From Octopus sinensis (taxonomy: Eukaryota), in assembly GCF_006345805.1 (NCBI RefSeq), contig NC_043003.1, positions 1,488,001-1,552,000 of the forward strand: a stretch of 64,000 nt of DNA. The letters are read 5' to 3'. The translations under genes and the position numbers were made by a program. Shown piece by piece: positions 1 to 10,966 of the stretch (positions within the stretch are counted from its first letter, which is position 1; the number at the start of each line of letters is the position of its first letter). Below the pieces are notes generated by a model that saw nothing but the letters and a program-made list of their open reading frames with translations, had not been told where the DNA came from and did no database searches.

Positions 1-3000
1 TGTACCAAGTCAAAGCAAAATCTTTATACCAATTACTTAATTTCTTCTATCATAGCTGCCTGCAAAGCTGCCAAGGAGACTAGGTTGTTGGATTCGAAGT
101 CTATAAAAGAGAATGGGGAAAGATTGTTAAAATCAAATCTTAGCTTTCTCACTAAACATTAATTTTTCCATAATTTATGCTGTCCTGTATAAAACAAAAT
201 CTTGGCAGTATTCCACCCCCACAAAATAACATTAATTTATCACGAGAAATATTTCAATAATTGTTGTAAAAAATATTTTCCTGAGTCAATTACTTCCAAA
301 TATATAGAATTTTACCCAATCTCCAACAGACGGGGTTATTTTTAGTCATAAATATAGTTTTGTTTATGTTCAATTACTAATCTACTTCAGTAGTTTAAAC
401 TTCTTCAGATTAAAATTTAATTAGTTTCATCAATTATATCCCATAATTCACAGAGATGTTTGAACTTCGATTCATATTGGGACTGAAGGAAAGATCCACA
501 TGAATGGCTCTTCCATTGACTCGAGTCTAAATCCATCGATATCAACATATTGATTGATACATTGCAGTACTTTAACCAAACAAAACAATGGTGTTGGCGT
601 TGGTGTTGGCGTTGGCGGTGGTGGCGGTGGTAGTGGTGGTAGTGGTGGTGGTGATGGTGTTATGTAGGTCAGATCATCTATGATTGAGGAGATCTTTGGC
701 ACTTAAGTTGTCTGCTGAAAGTCTAGGTATAATCCATTGATCCATATCTGTGGATATACAGTATTATACAGATGCGGATCTTATTGCACACACTGACACA
801 TTGTGATTGATCGTATGCAATACAATTTTATAGACTGGGCAATGGACGCTGTGTAGCATAATTGCCAACAAAAATCTCGTTTAATGCAACGGTGTAGTGT
901 ACCTTCTGACAGCATTTATTTCTTGTAAAAGGGAGAACTGTAGACAGCTAAATACTTTTTCTTTCAATGCCATAGAGAAATATGCATTAATGGGACACGA
1001 AATCCCGACTGTTTGGTCACTAAGCTAGTAACCTATCGACTCGGTCAGTCGCAAACCTTTTCCCTCAAATATAATTTAATTTTGGAAAACGAAATATCAT
1101 TTAATTAATTTCCGCTGACATGTTCTAATTAACTTCAACGCATAAATCTTATTGTTCACAAATCAGTGAATCTTTTGGCCAAAGATCAAATCTTGTCTTT
1201 CAACAGTTTTCTGCCTTATTCGTTTTATTTTTCTAACATTCGCTTCATTTCTCACTAAAAATGCATTTTGCACAAATGTTTTTTTCCCGCTTCAATCTCC
1301 ATTTCTCTCATCTTCCAGCTTTTTTTCATTTCTCTCTTCCCACACATTAACCTTGCTTCCAACGAGCTTTATTTAGCTTTTTTCAATGGTTGCAGACAAA
1401 AACAGCTCAGTCAATCGACATTGCCAGGTTTGTATTGTATATTGTTCATCTTTATATCGGCTTCGAAAGTATAAGAGGAAAGAAAGTGTTGCATCCATGT
1501 GTAATATTTTTTCTCGATTTCATTTCAAGCCAAAGAGTATAAATATATATATATATATTAAATAAATATATCGAATAAATGTGTGATTACAATTCTTGAT
1601 ATTTCTACTGTATTTTAAACGATCCTTTTGTAAATTATTTTAAAAGATCTTTTTTGTAAATGAGCTGCTTGGTTTTACAGACTATATTTGCTTTCAAGTC
1701 AATTAAATTAAGAATCTTTGCTGAACGATTCTATCACAAGGAAAGTTGCGTGTGTAGATGTGCGTGTGTATTTAAAATTGAAAATAAAATGAAAGTACCA
1801 AATGATTTTACTTATATTACCGTATGTATATGTGTTCTGTTGGCCAGCGCACGCATTCGTGTTATATCAGTCATTTGAAATGCATAAATGGTATTCTTGT
1901 AAATACAATTTTATAGATGTTTTTGTAAATATTCTTGTAGACATTCTTGTAAATGTAATTTTACTGAAGAGGTTCAACTTAACCGTAAACGACAGATATT
2001 GTATTTATATCTAAAGCAGAACTGGATATATAATATATATATATATATATATAATATATATATATATATATAACAAGCAGATAGAATGAATAGGCTTTAA
2101 TCTAAATCACAATTGTTCTTGTGCATTATCGTCGGCTGTTGATTGCTGGCTGCTTTACATATTATGTGATAATGTAAACACTCGTTTTGCAAGACTCAAA
2201 GCGAAGTTGAACCTAAACTCACCAAGATATCAAGACGGTAAGACAAAAGAAAATGAGAGAAGGCTTATTCAAAAGTTCCACCAAGAAGACAATAGCAGTG
2301 GAGGATAATGAATTAATATGTCAAGTAAATATTTCTGGGGCCTACAGGAAAGATTATGCTGAAACAAAAGGAGAAAATGCCGCTCTTTACATGAAGAAAA
2401 CGAAGAATGAAAGACCAAATTTGAAGAATTAACTAATGAAACTGAAATGTTAAAGCTTGAAAATGAAACTTTATCTGACCGGCATCGAAAGTCAAGAATT
2501 TTGGAAATCTTGTACAGTCTGCCAAAAGAAGAATACAGAAGACAGAGAAGGTTCAAAAGATGCTACCTCTACTGATGAAGCTCATTGCTAAAAATGAATA
2601 TTTTGCTAGAACACTGAATACTACGTTATTAGCCTTGAGAGACCCTCTTATTGGCGGCGGTTGGGGCATAAAAGCACACACATAGATCGTAGCAGACGAG
2701 AGGCGACCATGACAGAGGATTGTCGTCTGTTACGGTCTTTATACACCAAACGCCTATAAGAGGGTCTCTCGAGGCTAATAACACATTATTTAGTGTTCTA
2801 ACAATTTATCCATATTTAGTTGGATATAAAGATTACCTTTTGGTTTTAACACCGCTTCCGTCGCTAATAATTGATTATTACGTCTGGTTTTATTATAGTT
2901 TTCTAATCTTTATGAAAATTAAACTTGAGAATTTCTTAGAAAACAGTAAATATGCAGTGAAACATTTTCTATAGGTATATTAGTCACCAATGTTTAACTT

Positions 3001-3622
3001 TTTTAAGCTTGGGTATAATGAGCGGGGGACAAGAGTAGGTGTCAGCATGGCCCTGTGGTTAAGAAGCTCGCTTTGCAACCATGTGGCTTCGTGTTCATTC
3101 CCACTGCGTGGCAATTTGGGCAAGGATCTTCTACTATAGCCCCAGCCCCACTAATGCTTTGTGAATGTATTTCGTAGACAAACTGTGTGAAAGCCAGTCT
3201 TGTGTGTGTGTATGTGTGTGTGTGTGTGTGGTGTGTGTGTGTGCGTGTGTGTGTGTGTGTGGCCGTTTGTGTTTGGTCTCCACTACTAGATAACAAGCGT
3301 TGGGTTGTTCACATCCCCCTATATAAACACACACACACATACACATAAATACATATTAGAGGGAAACCACTATGTGGACACCCTTATGCTAGAAATAGAT
3401 CCGCTATGGTCTTACCACTAAGAAATGTTCTCAACAAAAATTTAATATATATATATATGATGGAGAAATTAGACGAAATGTATAAATGGATGATGAGTAA
3501 AGCGCCGGTACAGTTTCGATTCCCTGTTGTGATCCGTAGATTTACTGAAGGGACTTCGAAGTGGAGGTTGGGGTAACAGTATTAATAAAATAGGAGATGG
3601 AATGTGTAATAGACTTTATTAG

Positions 3623-3664
3623 GTACAACACATGTTTCTACCTGTTCTGGGTCTCTTCAGGTAC
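3623..3664 (-). ncRNA. Minimal hammerhead ribozyme motif
   Basis: GUAC-CUGAAGA-gACC..GGUa-GAAA-C AUGU G-UU-GUAC; canonical core; inside a small TA-flanked element. Confidence 0.6.
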
Positions 3665-3793
3665 ATCAATAAAAAGTCTCGCTAGAGATTTTCTGATTCG
3701 GTTTTACGTACCGCTATATGTCCATCAACTTATATGTATAATATATATATATATATATACTTTATTCAAAAGCAGCAGAAAATTCAACAAAAC

Positions 3794-3831
3794 CTGTTAC
3801 TCTGAGTTTCACGTTCCCGCTCGTCGGACAG
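3794..3831 (-). ncRNA. Minimal hammerhead ribozyme motif (U4C)
   Basis: CUGU-CCGACGA-GCG GGAA CGU-GAAA-CUC A GAG-UA-ACAG, within a ~90-bp TA-flanked insert. Confidence 0.6.
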
Positions 3832-3861
3832 TTTTTGCTAGAATATCTAAATATATATATA

Positions 3862-5005
3862 CTACTTATGTGGAAAATCGGTGTGTGTTGGCGTTGTTAG
3901 GTAACTCCTCCTGCATCGTTTTATTGATTTTGATAAAACTTGACACGTGAGTAGAACTCATGTTTTGAAACCTCGTGACATACTCAGATTGTTGAAAAAG
4001 TCGATAATACGGCCCCTGGAAGGGACATTTATATCTACCACATATGACTATTTTTTTAAACACCCAACGGAAATAACCCATAGCACCTGTACAATATTTT
4101 TTTAAACACTCAAAGGAAATAATCATTTCATTGTTTATGTTCCATTACTTTGAATATTGATTTTTTGTGTGTCCTATTTCTAATTTTTGCAGACAATATC
4201 ACTTTTATACTTTATTTGACACTTGAGTAGAATTCATGACTGGAAACTTCGTGACATACTTAGATTGCTGGAAAAAAAATCGATAATAGAGCCCTTCCAA
4301 TGGATCCTTCTATCTATTACTAATATTTTATTTAAACAACCCAAGGGAAATAACTCATACTACCTGTAGATTTTAACGAAGCGATCAATATTTGATTCTT
4401 ACGATCAGCCAACCAAATTCTGCATTTCACTACTCACAGTTTTGAACTGCAAAACATTATTATTGCACTTCCTTAATTTGAATCTTAAATATTAAAGACT
4501 TCATTCATACATTTCTATACATACATATTTTTTTGAATGCCCATTACTCCAATAATTCTGCATTTTTACAGTTACACTTTTTCCATGACAGCTGATAAAT
4601 ATTTTATTCCACAACGTATTTGTAGTGGCTTCATGCAGGCATAGCGTGGATTCGATCCTCGATTGCGAAATTTCACTTAACATTTCAATAGCACTTTTCT
4701 CACGGTAAAACAACAGTTTTTCTGTGAATGACAGCAGTTATACATTTCCCAGGTGCCTTCGCTAAGCAGAATAATGTCTTTGCCTCTCGTCAACCTCCGA
4801 CAACCTCTCTCACCAACCACCGACAATCTTTCTCGCCAACCTCCAACAATCTCTACCTCCTCCAGCTGACAGTATTTTGAACTTTTCCGTGACGGAAAAT
4901 AAACCTTTTGTGGCAGTTACAACGAAATTGCGTTCTTATATCAGAGTAATAAGGCGTTTCAATAGAATATCTTTACCCCCGGAAATTACCGGGTACACCA
5001 GCTAG
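3862..5005 (+). mobile_element. Putative non-autonomous Helitron/Helentron-like element
   Basis: 3' hairpin CCCGG-AAATTA-CCGGG (4978-4993) followed by CTAG|T; internal diverged duplication (~3940-4100 and ~4217-4370) and short repeats at 4790-4860; 5' boundary uncertain. Confidence 0.45.
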
Positions 5006-5060
<55 letters not shown>

Positions 5061-5067
5061 GTATGTA

Positions 5068-5100
<33 letters not shown>

Positions 5101-5148
5101 GTGTATGTATGTATGTATGTATGTACGTATGTATGTATGTATATATAT

Positions 5149-5193
<45 letters not shown>

Positions 5194-5265
5194 ATTAATA
5201 TATATATATATATATATATATGAATAAAAAATGGAGAGTTAACGCACGTTTAAACAAGTATTTTT

Positions 5266-5351
5266 ACTTTCTACATATGTTTCGAAAATTCCACTGATAC
5301 TATTCAAAAGAATAAAAGGTATAAACAATGCAATCTTCTCTTCGGGAAAGT
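5266..5351 (-). ncRNA. Type I minimal hammerhead ribozyme in the PLE 3' region (U4C core variant)
   Basis: ACUUUC-CCGAAGA-GAAGAUU..AAUUUUC-GAAA-CAUAUG-UA-GAAAGU; stems I and II pair; palindromic mini-stem III. Confidence 0.7.
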
Positions 5352-5550
5352 GAAAAACGAAACTCGTCAATACGACATTTTAGCAAAAATGATGGATTCG
5401 TATAGCGATAGACAGAACGCTATTAATATTGTTTAAAAAAACGTTATATGATATAACGTCATAAGTAGCTAACAGAAAGAGTAGGGATATTAATAGTGAA
5501 TGTTAAATATAAAAGGAAATTAAAGTTTAAACTATATATAATGATAGAGA

Positions 5551-7012
5551 CTACTTATATGCACTAAAAGTATGTTTCTGCCAATGCTTACATCTGTATG
5601 CTCGTTCTATAACCGTGTTTACTAGAGTATTTTTAAAAAATAATGAAAAATAGCTCAGAATTGCAGAGAAGACAGAATTTCTTGCCTTTGTCATATGGTA
5701 TCGAAATTGAGAGGATCAACCATTCTAAATGAAATAGTTCATTGTGGTCTTTAAATCCCAAATCAGTTTGCTGAGACCGGTACTATTCCGTTTATTTCTA
5801 TCCCTAAATGTTGAGTAATGGATAGAAATTCTTTTAGATAACTCTAACGATGTGCTTCCAATGTAAAATCGTACTTTATTACGAGTACTGATTATACACT
5901 GGTATATAGAATTTTTAATCTTAGAGTTACTTGACATAAATTTAATTCTATTGGAATTGACTTCAGATACAATAACCTTGTTATTAATATTTCTAGAGGG
6001 TTGGATGGTATTAGCTAAATTAATGTTAGTATTAGTAAATGTATTAATATTTAACAGTTTGTTATTATGAGAAGAGATTTAATTGCAAGAGATTTTTTGT
6101 GTTTGAAAAACCTATCCTAACCTTATGTGAATTAATTATAGAGTAATATCTAGAATTGTTTGGAAAATTCCTAGCAATAGCTTGACGAAACAGCAGTGGG
6201 AGATTAGATTTAATTTGTCTCCCGTAAGGAATTATTAACCAAATATTTTTACTCGTATTCATAGCGTAATTACTTTTGAAGGTGTTATATTTACTTTTAG
6301 ATCGGTAATAGGGGAATAAATAAGGGTCATCTGTCTTCATTCGCTTTGTATCGGTGCGTAAGTTATGTTTGTTATCAATAATTCTTTTACGACTAGGAAT
6401 CTTATCTACATTATTGAATTTACAATTAGACTGAGCAGAATCAATGTAGAAAATTTTTTCTGTATAACCTGCTTTGATTAAGGCAGAGTTATAGAATTCA
6501 GCGTTATTATTGAAAATATCAACATTAGCAGATAATTTAGATAATCTAAATGAAATATTCTTAACTAAATTCTTAGTAATTGCTCCAGGATGATTACTAA
6601 ATTTGCTAATGTACTTAAGATTGATCAACGGTTTATGATATGGGAAGGAAGAGTCACTGTGTAAATTAAGCGTAATATCTAAAAAGTTGGCCTTCGTCAG
6701 ATCGTCATCAAAAACGATTTTTAAGCCCATTCTACTGAAAAAATTAACTAAACTATTCTTAACTTTTTGTACCTTTTGGTTGGAAACATTTTGGAGGTAA
6801 AGTAAACAATCATCACGATATAGACCTCCATAAATGTTAGGGAACTCTTCAGCCATTTCAAAAAGAATATATATACTGACCAAATCAGCTATCTGTGCTG
6901 AATCAGAACTTCCCATTGGTATATCGAAACTATCTGGTGTGTCTTTACGGACCCACAACTTATCATCAAATTTAATAATAGATCTTCTGGCTGCCAACAC
7001 AACATTAATTTC
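5551..7012 (-). pseudogene. PLE reverse transcriptase-GIY-YIG endonuclease ORF, truncated and frameshifted
   Basis: RT motifs FDIPMGS.DSAQIADLV, GGLYRDDCL, ANFLDITLNL, PYHKP, SNHP; endonuclease SIYQC...FYIGST...KRISIH; after a frameshift FCLLCNSE...N...E..YRCKH, stop at 5553-5551. Confidence 0.9.
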
Positions 7013-8042
7013 TTGATAACAAACATAACTTACGCACCGATACAAAGCGAATGAAGGCAGATAACCCTTATTTATTCCCCTATTACCGATCTAAAAGTAA
7101 ATATAACACCTTCAAAAGTAATTACGCTATGAATACTAGTAAAAATATTTGGTTAATAATTCCTTACGGGAGACAAATAAATCTAATCTCCCACTGCTGT
7201 TTCGTCAAGCTATTGCTAGAAATTTTCAAACAATTCTAGATATTACTCTATAATTAATTCACATAAGGTTAGGATAGGTTTTTTCAAACACAAAAAATCT
7301 CTTGCAATTATATCTTCTCATAATAACAAACTGTTAAATATTAATACATTTACTAATACTAACATTAATTTAGCTAATACCATCCAACCCTCTAGAAATA
7401 TTAATAACAAGGTTTTGATTCTGAAGTCAATTCCAATAGAATAAATTTATGTCAATAACTCTAAGATTAAAAATTCTATATACCAGTGTATAATCAGTAC
7501 TCGTAATAAAGTACGATTTTACATTGGAAGCACATCGTTAGAGTTATCTAAAAGAATTTCTATCCATCATTACTCAACATTTAGGGATAGAAATAAACGG
7601 AATAGTACCGGTCTCAGCAAACTGATTTGGGATTTAAAAGACCACAATGAACTATTTCATTTAGAATGGTTGATCCTCTCAATTTCGATACCATATGACA
7701 AAGGCAAGAAATTCTGTCTTCTCTGCAATTCTGAGATATTTTTTTCATTATTTTTTCTAAAAATACTCTAGTAAACACGGTTATAGAACGAGCATACAGA
7801 TGTAAGCATTGGCAGAAACATACTTTTAGTGCATATAAGTAGTCTCTATCATTATATATAGTTTAAACTTTAATTTCCTTTATATTTAACATTCACTATT
7901 AATATCCCTACTCTTTCTGTTAGCTACTTATGACGTTATATCATATAACGTTTTTTTAAACAATATTAATAGCGTTCTGTCTATCGCTATACGAATCCAT
8001 CATTTTTTTGCTAAAATGTCGTATTGACGAGTTTCGTTTTTC

Positions 8043-8127
8043 ACTTTCCCGAAGAGAAGATTGCATTGTTTATACCTTTTATTCTTTGAAAGTATCAGTG
8101 GAATTTTCGAAACATGATGTAGAAAGT
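8043..8127 (+). ncRNA. Second copy of the PLE hammerhead, in the inverted arm
   Basis: ACTTTC CCGAAGA GAAGATT...AATTTTC GAAA CATGATG TA GAAAGT. Confidence 0.65.
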
Positions 8128-8337
8128 AAAAATACTTGTTTAAACCTGCGTTAACCTCCATTTTATTCATATTATTCAAAATATTCAACGTAAACACGAA
8201 GTTTCACCTTATAAACAAGGAGTTACAACATCTTTACTTGTGGGATTTTTGCTGCCTGGTGACTATTTATTTATTTATCCGTGTTAATTGTTACAAGGTA
8301 AAATAAACTCATCTATTTATATATATTATATATATAT

Positions 8338-8376
<39 letters not shown>

Positions 8377-8393
8377 TATATATATATATATAT

Positions 8394-8453
<60 letters not shown>

Positions 8454-8480
8454 TATATATGATGCATGTATGTATGTATG

Positions 8481-8512
<32 letters not shown>

Positions 8513-9841
8513 CACACACACACTCATACTTGCTGAAATGCATTGTCAGACTGGTAGAGCAACGGACAAAATATCGTGTGAAGTGAGACTTAATTGTGTC
8601 CCTTTATATGGTTAAGTTCAATTTCTGTCATGGCTAAATTCGTCTTCTTTCAGGGACGGGTATCGATAATAATAATATCAGAGAAATTTGGATTCGATGT
8701 AATATTCTTATAGTGCGCCCGAGATAGGAATGGAATTATAATAGAAGACAAGCGACGTTCTGAGTTCAAACTACAGCAGAGTCAACTGTCTTTCAGCTTA
8801 TCAAAGTAAATAGAATAAATAGTCCAGCCAAGTGCTGGGCGGAGGTGTACAACCAGATGAGCAAAAGTGAATGGCAGCGGATGAGCGAGGTGAATGTCAC
8901 AGACCCACCAAACATGGTCAAGTTACTAGCTGTAATGTGTTTTCAAATTTAATAATACACACTCACAAACAATGTATAAAGTCATATTAAAGTAGTTCTA
9001 TGTATAGAAATAGCTTAAAGTTTATATGTATATTTTTAACAATACTTGCACCAGAAGGGGCGGTTCTGCTCTGTAACAGTCTCAGTAACGACAACAGTCA
9101 GCCTAGATTCGATTTTAAATTCCTGTGAAGCAACCTGGCTATGAATGAATTTGTAATAGCAGACAAAAAGAAGCTCATTCTTCTTGAAATCGATACAATA
9201 AAATACAGGTGAAGTACTGACGATCAGCATAATCGATTATTTTCTTCCGCCCAAAATTTCTGCTCTTGTAGCCCGGATGCATAGCTAACTTTCCCAGTGT
9301 CCACTTCAAAGATACCTTAATTAACAGGTATGATTGACCAAAGAATATGTTGCGCCCTTTCATAACTACGCCTGCGGAACTCCTCCTCCTCCCTCACTCT
9401 CCCATCTCTCACTACGCCTCTGCTTTATCTTGGTTAGGAATCGATAACACAACACGATTGATTCATTCGATTCTATATTTCCACACCTCAAAAAGTGGTT
9501 CCTGTTTTCGTTTTATTTTTCTCTGTTCTCTTTTGTATTTTATCTTGTTGTTGTTCTTGCTCTTGTTGTTTTTGTTGTCGACCGTCTCCTGGCCCTAAAT
9601 CATTAGGGAACTGAGATTCATAGAACGGAACAATAACCCGATTTCGATTCTTGGGTTGATAACAATAGGCTTTTTTTAAACATTATTTACGTCATTACTA
9701 TGGTATAACAATTAGGCGCAGGCGTGGCTGGGCGGTAAGAAACGTGCTTCCCAGCCACACGGTTCAGGGTTCAGTCCCACTGCGTGGTACCTTGGGCAAG
9801 TGTGTTCTACTAGAACCTCGGGCCGACCATATCTATGTATG

Positions 9842-9879
<38 letters not shown>

Positions 9880-10256
9880 CTCTTTACTCTTTTACTTGTT
9901 TCAGTCATTTGACTGCGGCCATGCTGGAGCACCGCCTTTAGTCGAGCAAATCGACCCCGGGACTTATTCTTTGTAAGAATATATTTTGCCGAACCGCTAA
10001 GTGACGGGGACGTCAAGCAAACACAGACACACAAACACAGATACACAAACACAGATACACAAACACACACACACACACATATATATATACATATGTAAGA
10101 CAGGCTTCGTTCAGTTTCCGTCTACCAAATCTACTCACAAGGCATTGGTCGGCCCGGGGCTATAGCAGAAGACACTTGCCCAAGATGCCACGCAGTGGGA
10201 CTGAACCGGAACCATGTGGTTGGTTAGCAAGCTACTTACACACAGCCACTCCTGCG

Positions 10257-10353
<97 letters not shown>

Positions 10354-10356
10354 TAT

Positions 10357-10466
<110 letters not shown>

Positions 10467-10476
10467 TATTTATTTA

Positions 10477-10755
10477 TATAATTATCAACATAATTATAAC
10501 AAGGGTTTGGCTTGTGCCTCACCACGCACTGAAAAATAGACGTCAAAAGACATTATTACCACAATAAATTCTCGGAGAATTTATAGTGGTAATAATGTCT
10601 TTAAACGTCTATTTTTCAGTGCGTGGTGAGGCACAAGCCAACCCTTGTTATAATTATGTTGATAATTATAAAATATTTATAAAATTTACCTATGGGCTTT
10701 TATTCTGCACTGACCACTTGGTAAAAATCATTAACGATTTTACCCTTTATTATTA
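10477..10755. repeat. TA-flanked fold-back (~95-bp arms, 10477-10670) plus tail; probable PLE-end remnant
   Basis: Direct palindrome centred at ~10573, with (TA)n on both sides. Confidence 0.7.
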
Positions 10756-10792
10756 ATAATATATATATATATATATATTATTATTAATAATA

Positions 10793-10905
10793 CTGCGCTG
10801 TTAGAGGGCCGACGAAGTTATTAAGGCGAGGGGGCCCGGCCGCGACTTGTTTGGCGGATCTCAGTTTCGTCGCGCGCGACGCGTTCGCGGCGGCGGCAGC
10901 AGTGG
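10793..10905 (-). other. Probable ITS1 5' portion (~110 nt)
   Basis: Very GC-rich sequence directly contiguous with the 18S 3' end, in an otherwise AT-rich context. Confidence 0.7.
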
Positions 10906-10966
10906 TAATGATCCCTCTGTAGGTTCACCTACGGAAACTTTGTTACGACTTTTACTTACTCTAAGC
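10906..10966 (-). rRNA. 18S rRNA 3'-terminal fragment (orphon pseudogene), distal to the hAT insertion
   Basis: TAATGATCCcTCtGtAGGTTCACCTACGGAAACtTTGTTACGACTTTTACTT is the reverse complement of the universal 18S 3' end, with a few substitutions. Confidence 0.92.

Larger units (their letters stand above)
5222..8312 (-). mobile_element. Penelope-like retroelement (Neptune-type), 5'-truncated, with an inverted copy of its 3' end plus tail, in a (TA)n microsatellite
   Basis: Minus arm 5222-7012 encodes RT and GIY-YIG. Plus arm ~7013-8170 is the reverse complement of ~5222-6378, followed by a ~140-nt tail. (TA)n on both flanks. Confidence 0.9.

Noticed and set aside
472-702. Proline-rich 76-aa ORF
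   Set aside because: It starts at GTG right after a stop, the proline run is a (GGT)n-type microsatellite, and no homology was recognised.
5551-7012. Possible recoding (selenocysteine or programmed frameshift) in the PLE ORF
   Set aside because: The endonuclease is C-terminal, not the Naiad/Chlamys layout, and the frame breaks differ between the two arms, indicating ordinary decay or sequencing indels.
7013-7045. Apparent start (MYRCVSYVCYQ) of the 326-aa RT ORF
   Set aside because: It derives from the inverted arm across the junction; the real ORF is 5'-truncated.
9036-9400. Unique-looking sequence with short ORFs as possible exons (also 18747-18990)
   Set aside because: No consistent splice sites, reading frame or recognisable protein motif was found.
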